Below are positions 31,246-42,528 of a stretch of 56,317 nucleotides of DNA, piece after piece; position 1 is the stretch's first letter, and every line of letters starts with the position of its first letter. This DNA comes from Bacteroidales bacterium. Its GTDB lineage: Bacteria > Bacteroidota > Bacteroidia > Bacteroidales > Bacteroidaceae. Location: positions 1 to 56,317 of the forward strand of contig JAAYSY010000245.1 of the NCBI GenBank assembly GCA_012518235.1, given 5' to 3'. The notes below the pieces were generated by a model, which was given only the letters and a program-made list of their open reading frames with translations, did no database searches and was not told the origin of the DNA. A program made the position numbers and the translations under genes.

Positions 31246-32757
31246 TTAAATTAAAGCTTTTCCTGTCATCTCTTTAGGTTGATCTAACCCCATTATTTTC
31301 AAAATTGTTGGTGCTACATCAGCTAAACGACCATTTTCCACTTTCTTTTCTTTGTTTTCTGTAACATAAACACAAGGAACAGGATTTAATGAGTGAGCAG
31401 TATTTGGAGACCCATCTTTATTAAGTGCATGATCAGCATTACCATGGTCCGCAATTACTATAGCTTCATAACCATTTTCCTTAGCTGCTTCAATAGTATC
31501 TTTTAGACATGAATCAACTGCTACTATAGCCTTTTCGATGGCTTCATAAACACCTGTATGGCCAACCATATCACCATTAGCATAGTTTACTACTACAAAG
31601 TCATACTTTTGTTTATTTAAAGCCTCAACTAACTTATCTTTAACTTCATAAGCACTCATTTCTGGTTTTAAGTCGTAAGTAGCAACTTTAGGTGAAGGAA
31701 CTAAAATACGATCTTCTCCTTTAAATGGCTCTTCACGTCCTCCGTTAAAAAAGAATGTTACGTGAGCATATTTTTCAGTCTCAGCCATATGAAGCTGTTT
31801 TAAGCCTTTAGACGACACATATTCACCTAGTGTGTTCTCCACATTCTCTTTGTCAAATAACACATGTAACCCCTTAAATTCAGCATCGTAAGGAGTCATT
31901 GTGTAATACTGCAGGTTAGGAATTATCTTCATGTCATGATCGGGCATGTTTTCTTGAGTTAAAACAATAGTTAACTCTTTTGCACGGTCATTACGGAAGT
32001 TGAAGAAAATAACAACATCACCTTCTTCAACTTTTCCGTTAACTTGACTATTTACAATAGGCTTCATAAATTCATCAGTTACCCCATCAGCATAAGATTC
32101 TTCTACAGCTTTCACCATATCTGTTGCTTCTTTTCCTGTACCATGAACTAATAAATCATAAGCTTCTTTAACACGCTCCCATCTTTTATCTCTATCCATT
32201 GCATAGTAACGACCTATAATGGAAGCAATATTGACAGACGTATCATTACATTTTTCTTGTAATTGACCTATAAATCCTTTACCACTTTGTGGGTCTGTAT
32301 CACGACCATCCATAAAACAATGAACAAAAGTATTCTTTAATTCATAATCCTTAGATAAATCACAAAGTTTAAAAAGATGATCTAAAGAACTATGTACACC
32401 ACCATCCGAAACAAGCCCCATAAGGTGCAGTTTTTTATTGTTCTCTTTAGCATAAGTATAGGCTGATACCACTTCTGGTATTTCAGCAATAGAATTATCA
32501 TCACAAGCCTTATTTATCTTAACAAGATCTTGATAAACCACTCGTCCACCACCAATATTTAAGTGGCCTACTTCAGAGTTTCCCATTTGTCCATCAGGAA
32601 GCCCAACATTCTCTCCACTTGCTTGAAGTTCAGAGTGAGGATATGTTTTTACTAAGTAATCCCAATAAGGTGTAGATGTATTGTAGATAACATCAGCCTC
32701 GCTTTTATCTCCTATTCCCCATCCGTCAAGAATAACTAAGAGTGCTTTCTTTTTCAT
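31246..32757 (-). CDS. gpmI: 2,3-BPG-independent phosphoglycerate mutase
   Basis: [50 protein letters not shown]. Confidence 0.98.
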   Translation of the reverse strand: MKKKALLVILDGWGIGDKSEADVIYNTSTPYWDYLVKTYPHSELQASGENVGLPDGQMGNSEVGHLNIGGGRVVYQDLVKINKACDDNSIAEIPEVVSAYTYAKENNKKLHLMGLVSDGGVHSSLDHLFKLCDLSKDYELKNTFVHCFMDGRDTDPQSGKGFIGQLQEKCNDTSVNIASIIGRYYAMDRDKRWERVKEAYDLLVHGTGKEATDMVKAVEESYADGVTDEFMKPIVNSQVNGKVEEGDVVIFFNFRNDRAKELTIVLTQENMPDHDMKIIPNLQYYTMTPYDAEFKGLHVLFDKENVENTLGEYVSSKGLKQLHMAETEKYAHVTFFFNGGREEPFKGEDRILVPSPKVATYDLKPEMSAYEVKDKLVEALNKQKYDFVVVNYANGDMVGHTGVYEAIEKAIVAVDSCLKDTIEAAKENGYEAIVIADHGNADHALNKDGSPNTAHSLNPVPCVYVTENKEKKVENGRLADVAPTILKIMGLDQPKEMTGKALI

Positions 32758-32893
32758 ATTTTTATTTATTATATAGTTTATATTTACTGTTACTTATAAT
32801 GATAACAAATTATCCGCCACAAAGTTAGTAAAAACACAGATAATCAGTACTTTTTAAATCATTTAATCACTTTCCTAAAAACAATTAAGAATA

Positions 32894-33505
32894 TTAACTA
32901 AAATCAATATTTAGCTGTTGTTCCTCTCCTAATAAATTAAAACTTTGTCGGTGAAAAGGAGTTACACCATAAGCCTTAATGCCAGCTCTATGCTTCTTAG
33001 TAGGATATCCTTTATTATTACACCAATCATAATTGGGGTACAAAGCATCTATTTCTTCCATGTATTCATCACGATGAGTTTTGGCTAAAATGGAGGCTGC
33101 AGCAATAGATAAATAGGTAGCATCTCCTTTAACTATAGTACTATAAGGAATATCCTTATAAGGAGTAAAACGGTTTCCATCAATTAAGAGGTATTCAGGT
33201 TGCACTTTTAATTGTTCTATAGCACGATGCATAGCTAAGAACGAAGCATTTAAAATATTTATCTCATCAATTTCTTTCGGCTCAACACGACCAACAGCCC
33301 AGGCCAAAGCTTGGCTCTCAACTATAACTCGTAATTCTTTTCTTTTTTTTGCTGTTAATTTCTTAGAATCTGTAAGTATTTCATTCTTAAAGTTCTGGGG
33401 TAAAATAACAGCAGCAGCAAACACAGGACCAGCTAAACAACCTCTACCTGCCTCATCACACCCAGCTTCTAAAACAGACTCTTCATTATATTTAGATAAT
33501 AACAT
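32894..33505 (-). CDS. rnhB: Ribonuclease HII
   Basis: [44 protein letters not shown]. Confidence 0.97.
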   Translation of the reverse strand: MLLSKYNEESVLEAGCDEAGRGCLAGPVFAAAVILPQNFKNEILTDSKKLTAKKRKELRVIVESQALAWAVGRVEPKEIDEINILNASFLAMHRAIEQLKVQPEYLLIDGNRFTPYKDIPYSTIVKGDATYLSIAAASILAKTHRDEYMEEIDALYPNYDWCNNKGYPTKKHRAGIKAYGVTPFHRQSFNLLGEEQQLNIDFS

Positions 33506-33530
33506 ATCTATCTGTTTATTTTACATGAAT

Positions 33531-33566
33531 AAAAAACGGTGCTAGATACTAAAATCTATCACCGTT
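33531..33566 (-). terminator. Terminator after the NlpE-like gene
   Basis: AACGGTG.TAGAT-loop-ATCTA.CACCGTT with A6 on the + strand. Confidence 0.65.
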
Positions 33567-33603
33567 CTGTATTTAATATATTTAAGATACAACATCGTAC
33601 CAA

Positions 33604-34047
33604 TTAATCCACTTTATTCAACACATAATGCTCAGCTAATTCACTTTCAACAAATTCTTTATCACTTGTTAAACGAGTAGCTGTATTTTCTCCAATAAAA
33701 TAATATTGAACCTCTTCATCTCCATCAAAAGTTAGAGTCATATATCCTTTCTCTAATGTATAAGTCCCTTTCTCATCAAAAGAAGTGTCTCTATCAATAT
33801 AAACTGATAACAAACTAAACGTGCTATCCTCATTGATAGTTAATGTTGTTTCAATACCAGGGCAATCTGCTGCTGGTAAAACACCCTTATATACACCCCA
33901 ATAATCTAATGAGTTCTCTGCATAATGTCCATCATCAAAAGCTTCTACTTCTGTAACAACTTCCTCGGCCACCACATCTTGCTTTTTTTGTCCCCCACAA
34001 GAAACTAAAGCCAATACTAATATCAATAATAATAAATTCTTTTTCAT
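33604..34047 (-). CDS. NlpE N-terminal domain lipoprotein
   Basis: Lipobox LVSC; NSLDYWGVYKGVLPAADCPGIETTLTI. Confidence 0.85.
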   Translation of the reverse strand: MKKNLLLLILVLALVSCGGQKKQDVVAEEVVTEVEAFDDGHYAENSLDYWGVYKGVLPAADCPGIETTLTINEDSTFSLLSVYIDRDTSFDEKGTYTLEKGYMTLTFDGDEEVQYYFIGENTATRLTSDKEFVESELAEHYVLNKVD

Positions 34048-34062
34048 AATTTCATTCCAAAA

Positions 34063-35277
34063 TTAAAACATCTTTAATACCTTATTTAATCCATCGACTA
34101 AGCTATCTACTTCTTCTTTTGTGTTGTAAAGTGCAAAAGAAGCTCTTACAGTTCCTTCAATTCCATAATACTCCATCAAAGGTTGAGCACAATGGTGTCC
34201 TGTTCGTACGGCAATACCTAACCGATCAAGCAAAGTCCCCAGGTCAAAAGGATGAATATCGTTCACTAAAAAAGAAATAACTCCACTTTTATCTTTAGCT
34301 TCTCCATAAATACGTAGGCCATCTATTTCATTCAAACGTTTAGTAGCATAACTCAATAATTCGTCTTCATGTTGGGCTATATTTTCTAAACCTAAAGATT
34401 GAACATACTCTAAAGCCTTAGCCATTCCAGTTGTTCCCACAAAATTAGGAGTACCTGCTTCAAATTTAAAAGGTAACTCATTAAAAGTAGTTCCAGAAAA
34501 ACTAACATGTTGAATCATCTCTCCTCCTCCTTGATAAGGGGGGAGTTTATCTAACCACTCCTCTTTTCCATAAAGCACACCAACCCCTGTGGGTCCATAA
34601 ACTTTATGTGCAGAGAAAACATAAAAGTCTGCATTTAACTCCTGTACATCTATCGGCGTATGAGGAGCAGCCTGTGCACCATCAATAAGAACAGGAATAT
34701 CCTCTTGATGAGCTCTATCAATAATTCTTTTAATAGGATTTACCGTACCTAACACATTCGATATATGGGCTACTGAAACCAGTTTTGTTCTATTAGATAT
34801 CAAGTTTTCAAAAGCCTCAAAATCCAACTCTCCTTGTTCTGTAATAGGAATAACCTTTACTTTAACTCCTTTACTCATTTCTAAGAGTTGCCAAGGAACA
34901 ATATTACTATGGTGCTCCATCGTAGAAACAATGATTTCATCCCCTTCTTCCAAAAACTCTTGTCCAAAAGTAGTAGCAACTAAATTTATTGATCCAGTTG
35001 TTCCCGACGTAAATATTATTTCATTCGTGCTTTTTGCATTGATAAATAAACGAACAACTTCACGTGATGCCTCATGTAATTCGGTAGCTTTTTGAGATAA
35101 ATAGTGAACTCCCCTATGTACATTTGCATTACATGAAAAATATTCATGAGCTATAGTTTCTACTACACAACTTGGTTTTTGAGTAGTAGCACCATTATCA
35201 AGATAAACTAATGGTCTATCATAAACTAAACGACCAAGAATAGGGAAGTCTTCCCTTATTTTATTTACATCATACAT
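34063..35277 (-). CDS. sufS: Cysteine desulfurase SufS
   Basis: YLDNGATTQKP, NVHRG, EHHSN, DGAQ, SAHK, RTGHHCA. Start moved to ATG 35277. Confidence 0.95.
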   Translation of the reverse strand: MYDVNKIREDFPILGRLVYDRPLVYLDNGATTQKPSCVVETIAHEYFSCNANVHRGVHYLSQKATELHEASREVVRLFINAKSTNEIIFTSGTTGSINLVATTFGQEFLEEGDEIIVSTMEHHSNIVPWQLLEMSKGVKVKVIPITEQGELDFEAFENLISNRTKLVSVAHISNVLGTVNPIKRIIDRAHQEDIPVLIDGAQAAPHTPIDVQELNADFYVFSAHKVYGPTGVGVLYGKEEWLDKLPPYQGGGEMIQHVSFSGTTFNELPFKFEAGTPNFVGTTGMAKALEYVQSLGLENIAQHEDELLSYATKRLNEIDGLRIYGEAKDKSGVISFLVNDIHPFDLGTLLDRLGIAVRTGHHCAQPLMEYYGIEGTVRASFALYNTKEEVDSLVDGLNKVLKMF

Positions 35278-35288
35278 TATTATTCTAT

Positions 35289-36638
35289 TTAGTGTGTAAC
35301 ACAACGACACTCTCCACATCCACCCAATTCACCTCTAAATCGCTTTTCAACTAATTTATGTAGTCTTTCTTTAAGAGGCTCTAGTCGTATAGTGTCAACA
35401 ACTTCATTTACAAAAGCAAACATTAAGAGCAATTTAGCTTCTTTTTCAGGTATCCCTCTAGTTTGCATATAAAATAAAGCATTCAAATCTAACTGACCGA
35501 CAGTAGCCCCATGTCCACACTTTACATCATCAGCATATATCTCTAATTGAGGCTGTGTGTACATACGAGCATCTTTTGTCATGCAGAGATTTCTATTGCT
35601 TTGCTGAGAATATGTCTTTTGAGCATCAGGACGTACTAGAACTAATCCAGTGAAAACCCCCACAGATTTATCGTTTAAAACATACTTAAATAATTCGTTA
35701 CTCGTACAATTAGGAACTGTATGATCTATTAATGTATTATTGTCCACATGTTGCTCTTTGTCTATTACTGCCATGCCACACAAATCAATATGTGAACCCT
35801 CCCCAGCTAAAGTAACCTTCGTAGTATTACGAGTTACTCCATTATGCAATGTCATTCCATTAAGCAACACATTACTATTAGCTGATTGGTGTACATACAA
35901 ATTGTTAAACTTAACTGATTCAGTATGTACCTCCTCTAATTCATACATATCAAAGTTGGCATTCTCACCAACAAAAACTTCCATTACTTGTGTAGATAGA
36001 AACTTAACGTTATCCATCGTGTGATCACAAATAAGTAAGCGTCCTTGTGCATTATCTCCAACAATAACTAAAACTCTGCGATTCATTAAAAAGTCAACAT
36101 CTGAACGTAGAATATTAATTAGTTGAATGGGTTGTTCGACGACTACATTGTCGGGAATATAAAAAACCACACCATCTTGGACAAAACTCGTATTAAAAGC
36201 AGTTATACCATCCTCTGAAGTATCAGCTAATCTACCATAATATTTATCAATTACTTCTGGATATTTACGTGAAACTTCATCTAACCCACCAAAAATAACT
36301 CCTTCTGGTAAATCATACTTAGGTTTTTGACTCCCAGAGTAAAAGCTATCATTAACCACAAAATGAACTGCAGTCTCCATATCAGGAACATTACATTTAA
36401 AAACCTCATATGGATTTACAGGAATAGATAAACGATTCAAGTTCAAGCCAAAATCGGGCTCAAAATATTTTTCCACCTTTGTATATTTATAATTCTCCTG
36501 CTTTTGAGTGGGGAAACCACTCTTTTTGAAATCATCAAAAGCTTTTGCACGATGTGCATTAAGCAGATCAGAACTATGCTTATATATCATCTTCTCAGCT
36601 TGTGAAAAGAGATCTATATATTGTTGTTCTACTCGCAT
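35289..36638 (-). CDS. sufD: Fe-S assembly protein SufD
   Basis: PQLEIYADDVKCGHGATVGQL, FYMQTRGI. Start moved to ATG 36638. Confidence 0.95.
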   Translation of the reverse strand: MRVEQQYIDLFSQAEKMIYKHSSDLLNAHRAKAFDDFKKSGFPTQKQENYKYTKVEKYFEPDFGLNLNRLSIPVNPYEVFKCNVPDMETAVHFVVNDSFYSGSQKPKYDLPEGVIFGGLDEVSRKYPEVIDKYYGRLADTSEDGITAFNTSFVQDGVVFYIPDNVVVEQPIQLINILRSDVDFLMNRRVLVIVGDNAQGRLLICDHTMDNVKFLSTQVMEVFVGENANFDMYELEEVHTESVKFNNLYVHQSANSNVLLNGMTLHNGVTRNTTKVTLAGEGSHIDLCGMAVIDKEQHVDNNTLIDHTVPNCTSNELFKYVLNDKSVGVFTGLVLVRPDAQKTYSQQSNRNLCMTKDARMYTQPQLEIYADDVKCGHGATVGQLDLNALFYMQTRGIPEKEAKLLLMFAFVNEVVDTIRLEPLKERLHKLVEKRFRGELGGCGECRCVTH

Positions 36639-36640
36639 AA

Positions 36641-37393
36641 CTACTCCTCTATTTCTTTTATCCAATCATACCCTTTTTCTTCTAGTTCAAGAGCTAATTC
36701 TGGACCTGCAGATTTTACAATTCTACCATTATATAAAACATGCACAAAGTCTGGTTTTATATAATTCAATAAGCGCTGGTAGTGTGTAATTACAATCGAA
36801 CTGTTTTCAGAAGTCCGAAGCTTATTCACTCCATCAGCAACCACCCGTAAAGCATCGATATCTAAACCTGAATCGGTTTCATCTAAAATGCTCAACTTAG
36901 GATCTAACATAGCCATCTGAAAAATTTCATTTCTTTTCTTTTCACCTCCAGAAAAACCTTCATTCACAGAACGACCGGTTAACTTATTATCCATTTCAAC
37001 TAGTGAACGTTTTTCACGCATTAACTTAAGAAACTCACTAGCTGTCAATGGCTCCTCTCCTCTATACTTTCGGTGTTCATTAACTGCTGCACGCATAAAA
37101 TTAACCATGCTCACACCTGGAATTTCTACTGGATACTGAAAACTTAAAAATATTCCTTCACGACTACGAACCTCGGGTTCCATTTCTAAAAGGTTCTTAC
37201 CCATAAAGCTAACCTCCCCTTTATCAACCTCAAAACTAGGATTTCCCACAAGCACACTGCTTAAAGTGCTTTTTCCCGAACCATTAGGTCCCATTATCGC
37301 ATGAATCTCACCTTTATTAATCGTTAGATTAATACCTTTCAATATTTTTTTACCATCAATACTGGCCTCTAGATTTTTTATCTCTAACATCAT
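36641..37393 (-). CDS. sufC: Fe-S assembly ATPase SufC
   Basis: GPNGSGKST, FSGGEKKRNE, LDETDSGLDIDAL, ITHYQR. Confidence 0.97.
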   Translation of the reverse strand: MMLEIKNLEASIDGKKILKGINLTINKGEIHAIMGPNGSGKSTLSSVLVGNPSFEVDKGEVSFMGKNLLEMEPEVRSREGIFLSFQYPVEIPGVSMVNFMRAAVNEHRKYRGEEPLTASEFLKLMREKRSLVEMDNKLTGRSVNEGFSGGEKKRNEIFQMAMLDPKLSILDETDSGLDIDALRVVADGVNKLRTSENSSIVITHYQRLLNYIKPDFVHVLYNGRIVKSAGPELALELEEKGYDWIKEIEE

Positions 37394-37434
37394 ATCCTAT
37401 TTTTATATCTTTCCTATATCTGTTTACTTCAACA

Positions 37435-38886
37435 TTAACCCACACTACCTTCTAAAGAAATAGAAAGCAATTTTTGAGCCTCAACTGCAAACTCCATAGG
37501 TAGTTTATTAATTACTTCTTTAGCATATCCATTGACAATCAAACCTATAGCACTCTCCATATCAATACCACGTTGATTACAATAGAATATTTGATCTTCA
37601 TTAATCTTACTTGTAGTTGCCTCATGTTCCACCACAGCACTTTCATTATGAATATCTATATAAGGAAAAGTATGTGCTCCACATGTATCACCTAACAGTA
37701 AAGAATCACACTCTGTATAATTTCGAGCATTCTCAGCATTCTTTCCTACACGGACTAATCCCCTATAAGAGTTTTCACTCTTTCCCGCAGAAATCCCCTT
37801 ACTAATAATAGTACTACTTGTATCTTTACCTAAATGAATCATTTTAGTACCAGTATCTGCTTGCTGAAAATGGTTTGTAACAGCCACGCTATAAAACTCC
37901 CCTACTGAGCGATCCCCTGATAAAATACAAGATGGATATTTCCATGTAATAGCCGATCCAGTTTCTACTTGAGTCCAAGATAATTTACTATCAACCCCTT
38001 TACAATGTCCGCGTTTAGTTACAAAATTATAAACTCCACCTTTACCTTCCGAATCTCCAGGAAACCAGTTTTGAACTGTACTGTATTTCACCTCCGCCCT
38101 ATCATTCACAACAATCTCCACAATTGCAGCATGCAACTGATTCTCATCACGCATAGGAGCTGTACATCCCTCAAGGTAGGAAACATAAGAATCATCATCA
38201 GCTACAATCAAAGTACGCTCAAATTGACCTGTATTAGCTGCGTTGATTCTAAAGTAGGTGGACAACTCCATTGGACATTTAACACCTTTAGGTATATATA
38301 CGAATGATCCATCAGAGAAAACAGCTGAATTCAAAGCAGCAAAATAATTATCTCTATAGGTTACTACACTCCCTAAATACTCTTTGACTAAATCAGGATG
38401 CTCTCTTACGGCCTCACTAAAAGAACAAAAAATGATTCCTTTCTCCATTAAAGTACTTTTAAATGTAGTTTTAACAGAAACTGAGTCCATTACAGCATCC
38501 ACAGCAATACCTGATAATGCCATCTGTTCTTCTAATGGAATACCAAGCTTATTAAAAGTATTCAGCAACTCAGGATCAACCTCATCTAAGCTTTTTGGTG
38601 CCCCCTCCTTAGTTGCTGTTGGATCAGCATAATATGATATAGCTTGATAATCTATTTCAGGTATTCTTAAATGAGCCCATGTAGGCATCTTCAAGGTCAA
38701 CCAATGCCTGTATGCTTTTAATCTAAAATCTAATAACCACTCAGGCTCCTCTTTTTTGGAAGATATTAAACGAATAACATCCTCATTTAATCCCTTATCT
38801 ATAATTTCAGTATGAACATCAGTAGTAAAGCCATACTTATATTTCTTTTCTGTAAATTTCTTTACATATTTATTAGGTTCTGTCAT
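37435..38886 (-). CDS. sufB: Fe-S assembly protein SufB (no intein)
   Basis: [48 protein letters not shown]. Confidence 0.97.
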   Translation of the reverse strand: MTEPNKYVKKFTEKKYKYGFTTDVHTEIIDKGLNEDVIRLISSKKEEPEWLLDFRLKAYRHWLTLKMPTWAHLRIPEIDYQAISYYADPTATKEGAPKSLDEVDPELLNTFNKLGIPLEEQMALSGIAVDAVMDSVSVKTTFKSTLMEKGIIFCSFSEAVREHPDLVKEYLGSVVTYRDNYFAALNSAVFSDGSFVYIPKGVKCPMELSTYFRINAANTGQFERTLIVADDDSYVSYLEGCTAPMRDENQLHAAIVEIVVNDRAEVKYSTVQNWFPGDSEGKGGVYNFVTKRGHCKGVDSKLSWTQVETGSAITWKYPSCILSGDRSVGEFYSVAVTNHFQQADTGTKMIHLGKDTSSTIISKGISAGKSENSYRGLVRVGKNAENARNYTECDSLLLGDTCGAHTFPYIDIHNESAVVEHEATTSKINEDQIFYCNQRGIDMESAIGLIVNGYAKEVINKLPMEFAVEAQKLLSISLEGSVG

Positions 38887-38921
38887 TTTATCCTCTTTTT
38901 ATACTAAATGATTAATCACAC

Positions 38922-39425
38922 TTATTCTGCTATCATATAATCATAGGCTTGTTTTGCTACAGGTAGAAAGATTCCTGTCATTTTATTCATAGGATAATAC
39001 AACACTGAGGAACTCTTATTTGTTTCACTAATTAACTTATTATTAGAGTCCAAAAACTCAAATACACCAACAAACAAACTCAATAACAAGAAAAACTTTA
39101 GTCCTCCAAATAGAAAACCCAAAAGTCGATTTAATCCTCCTAATGCTATGGCATCAAATCCTTTGGTTAATAATGATGCTATAAAAGCAAACAACAATGG
39201 AATAATCATCCAAATAGCTATAAATGAAATAATATATGCTGCTGTTAAAGATTCTGTTATATAAGGGTGAATATATTCAGCTAATGATACATATAATGAC
39301 TTAGCTGCTATTAACCCTACAAAAAAACCTACAATAGAAGCTATTTGTCTAATAAATCCGCGAAACAACCCCATTATTGCCCCAAAACAAATAACACTTA
39401 AAATAACAATATCAATAACAGACAT
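38922..39425 (-). CDS. cvpA: CvpA family membrane protein
   Basis: Four hydrophobic segments; ID...G.FRGFIRQ and NRLLGFLFG. Confidence 0.88.
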   Translation of the reverse strand: MSVIDIVILSVICFGAIMGLFRGFIRQIASIVGFFVGLIAAKSLYVSLAEYIHPYITESLTAAYIISFIAIWMIIPLLFAFIASLLTKGFDAIALGGLNRLLGFLFGGLKFFLLLSLFVGVFEFLDSNNKLISETNKSSSVLYYPMNKMTGIFLPVAKQAYDYMIAE

Positions 39426-39434
39426 ACTTATAAT

Positions 39435-39504
39435 AAAAAAGCATGTGTCTTAAGTCTCAATCATACTTGATGATTACCACCCGTATTCGACTTTAGGACA
39501 CATG
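39435..39504 (-). terminator. Branched stem-loop with U-tract between infB and cvpA
   Basis: Arms 39442-39456 and 39489-39504, inner hairpin 39459-39475, A6 at 39435-39440. Confidence 0.6.
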
Positions 39505-39543
39505 TTCAGTTTTTATTTTAGTACCAAAGTACTAAATCTGAAT

Positions 39544-42417
39544 TTATAATTTTTGTTTTACCTCAATCTCTTCGTACGTTTCAATGATATCACCCACTTG
39601 AATGTCATTACAGTTAGTCAAACTAATACCACACTCAAAGTTAGCATTTACTTCTCTAACATCATCTTTGAAACGCTTTAATGTATCAATAGCTCCTGTG
39701 TAAATAACAATACCATCGCGCACTAATCTCGCTTTATCACTTCGTTTTACCTTACCAGTTTTAACTAATGCACCAGCAACAATACCCACTTTAGTAATCT
39801 TAAATACCTCTCGAACCTCTATTGTAGAAGTAACCTGTTCTTTAACCTCTGGGGCAAGCATACCCTCCATAGCAGCAGTAACCTCTTCAATAGCATCATA
39901 AATAATTGAATATTTACGAATATCTACACCTTCTTGTTCTGCTAGGCGCTCAGCACTAGCTGAAGGTCTTACTTGGAAACCAATAATAATAGCTTCAGAA
40001 GCAGCAGCTAAAGAAACATCAGACTCTGAAATTTGTCCAACACCTTGGTGAATAACATTTACTTGAATTTGCTCAGTAGACAATTTCAACAATGAGTCTG
40101 CTAAAGCCTCAACAGAACCATCCACATCACCTTTTACAATTATATTTAATTCTTGGAAGTCACCTAATGCAATACGTCGTCCTACTTCATCCAATGTCAA
40201 CATCTTCTGAGTACGTAATCCTTGTTCACGCTGTAATTGCTCACGTTTTCCTGCAATTTCTCTAGCCTCTTGTTCGGTTTCAAGTACATGGAATGCCACA
40301 CCTGCCGCAGGTGCACCATCTAATCCTAAAATCAATGCAGGTTCCGATGGACCAGCTTCCTCTATGTTCTGATTTCTTTCATTAAACATAGCTCTTACAC
40401 GTCCATGGCTAACACCCGATAAAACAATATCTCCAACTCTCAACGTTCCATTAGCTACAAGCACTGTTGCAACATATCCTCTACCTTTATCAAGTGTTGA
40501 CTCTATAATTGTACCTGACGCTTCACGATCAGGATTTGCTTTTAACTCAAGCATTTCAGCTTCAAGCAGCACTTTCTCCATCAGCTCAGCGACTCCTGTT
40601 CCTTTCTTAGCTGATATATCTTGAGATTGGTATTCACCACCCCACTCCTCAACTAAGAAATTCATTGTTGCTAATTCCTCTTTGATTTTATCAGGATTTG
40701 CTGTGGGCTTATCCACTTTATTAATAGCAAAAATAATAGGAACACCTGCTGCTGTAGCATGGTTAATAGCTTCTTTTGTTTGAGGCATGACATTATCATC
40801 AGCAGCAACTATAATAATAGCAATATCTGTAACTTTTGCTCCGCGCGCACGCATCGCTGTAAAAGCCTCGTGACCAGGAGTATCTAAGAATGTTATTTTC
40901 TTTCCATTCTTCATTGTCACATTATATGCACCAATATGTTGAGTAATACCTCCTGCTTCACCTGCAATTACATTTTCTTTACGAATATGGTCTAATAATG
41001 AAGTTTTACCATGATCCACGTGTCCCATTACAGTAACAATAGGTGCACGATGTTCCAAATCTTCAGGTGCATCAACTTCCTCTTCAACAGCTTCTGCTAC
41101 ATCAGCACTTACAAATTCGGTTTCAAATCCATATTCATCAGCAACCAAACTAATTGTTTCAGCATCTAGACGTTGGTTTATAGAAACCATCATACCTATA
41201 CTCATACAAGTACCAATAATTTCATTTACAGAAACATTCATCATATTAGCCAACTCATTTACAGTTACAAATTCGGTTAACTTAATGATTTTACTTTCGG
41301 CTTGCTGCTGTTTTTCGATTTCTTGCTGACGTGTTGTTTCTTGTTCACGACGTTCTCTTCTAAACTTCGAACCTTTACGTCTACTTCGCTTATTCGTCAA
41401 TCGAGCTAGTGTCTCTCTTACTTGTTGTGCTGCTTCCTCCTCAGTTACCTCAGCTTTTATAACAGGCTTTCTATAATTTTTCCGCTTTCTCGGAGCTCTT
41501 CTATCTTTACCAGCATCTCCAGTAATATCAACTTTCTCTTTGTTAACACGAACTCTTTTTTTCCGTTTTTTTCCACCTTCCTCAGAACGAGTATCTTTTT
41601 GCTGTTGTCTCTTCTCACGCTCTTTGCGTTTTTCTTCTTTAGTTTTACGCTTTGGACGTGTAGATTGATTGATAGCATCAAGATCTATTTGCCCCACCAC
41701 ATTTATATTGGAGACAAGTTCAGAAGAAGTTAATTGAAACACCCCTTTTTCATCTTCTTCTCCACGACGTTTTTTCGTTGGAGCATCTTTTTTCTTTATC
41801 GGTTTTGTTTCTTTCTTAACTTCTGCAGCCTTACTAGGAGCATCTTTTTTAGGCTTTTGAGCCTTTTCAGTTTTTGCTTCTTTTTTCACTTCTTTTTCTT
41901 CTTCGTGGTGTTTTATTGAGTCCTGTTTCTTTTCTTCAATAACATTAGGTGCTTCTTTTACTTTTTCACTAGAAGATTCTTCCTTAATCTCGCTATCAAT
42001 AGGTTTCTCTGCCTTCTTAACAATAGGTTTATCCTTATCTTTAGGCTTCTTTCCTAAATTGTCTAAGTCAATTTTACCAACTTGAGTAACTTTAGGTTTA
42101 ATCTCCTCGGGCACTTCTGTCTTTACGACCTTTTTTTCTTTCTCTTCCTCTTGAGCCTTTTCATTCGACTCATAACCTTTTATAGAAACAGTTTCCTTAT
42201 TTCGTTCTTTATTTTGGCGGTCCTGAATAAATTGTTCAGCTTCTAGCTTTAAGCTTTTATCTTTGCTAAACTCTTTAACAAGCATTTCATAATGCTCCTT
42301 ACTTATTTTTGCATTTGGGTTTTCTTTCACCTCAATGCCTTTATTTTGTAAGAACTCTACTACTGTAGAAATTCCTACATTTAGATTCCTTGTTACTCTA
42401 TTTAATCTTATCGTCAT
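39544..42417 (-). CDS. infB: Translation initiation factor IF-2
   Basis: [31 protein letters not shown]; long charged N-terminal region. Confidence 0.99.
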   Translation of the reverse strand: MTIRLNRVTRNLNVGISTVVEFLQNKGIEVKENPNAKISKEHYEMLVKEFSKDKSLKLEAEQFIQDRQNKERNKETVSIKGYESNEKAQEEEKEKKVVKTEVPEEIKPKVTQVGKIDLDNLGKKPKDKDKPIVKKAEKPIDSEIKEESSSEKVKEAPNVIEEKKQDSIKHHEEEKEVKKEAKTEKAQKPKKDAPSKAAEVKKETKPIKKKDAPTKKRRGEEDEKGVFQLTSSELVSNINVVGQIDLDAINQSTRPKRKTKEEKRKEREKRQQQKDTRSEEGGKKRKKRVRVNKEKVDITGDAGKDRRAPRKRKNYRKPVIKAEVTEEEAAQQVRETLARLTNKRSRRKGSKFRRERREQETTRQQEIEKQQQAESKIIKLTEFVTVNELANMMNVSVNEIIGTCMSIGMMVSINQRLDAETISLVADEYGFETEFVSADVAEAVEEEVDAPEDLEHRAPIVTVMGHVDHGKTSLLDHIRKENVIAGEAGGITQHIGAYNVTMKNGKKITFLDTPGHEAFTAMRARGAKVTDIAIIIVAADDNVMPQTKEAINHATAAGVPIIFAINKVDKPTANPDKIKEELATMNFLVEEWGGEYQSQDISAKKGTGVAELMEKVLLEAEMLELKANPDREASGTIIESTLDKGRGYVATVLVANGTLRVGDIVLSGVSHGRVRAMFNERNQNIEEAGPSEPALILGLDGAPAAGVAFHVLETEQEAREIAGKREQLQREQGLRTQKMLTLDEVGRRIALGDFQELNIIVKGDVDGSVEALADSLLKLSTEQIQVNVIHQGVGQISESDVSLAAASEAIIIGFQVRPSASAERLAEQEGVDIRKYSIIYDAIEEVTAAMEGMLAPEVKEQVTSTIEVREVFKITKVGIVAGALVKTGKVKRSDKARLVRDGIVIYTGAIDTLKRFKDDVREVNANFECGISLTNCNDIQVGDIIETYEEIEVKQKL

Positions 42418-42528
42418 ATTGTAAAATTATTCCTTTTATATATAAAACGGGGTTTTCACTCTCAATGTATGTTTCAACTAGACGATAATAAGAATACTTA
42501 GAATCTCTTAATCATCTAGTCAAAGACT

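Noticed and set aside
41300-42200. Lys/Glu/Arg-rich low-complexity stretch
   Set aside because: Normal variable N-terminal region of IF-2.
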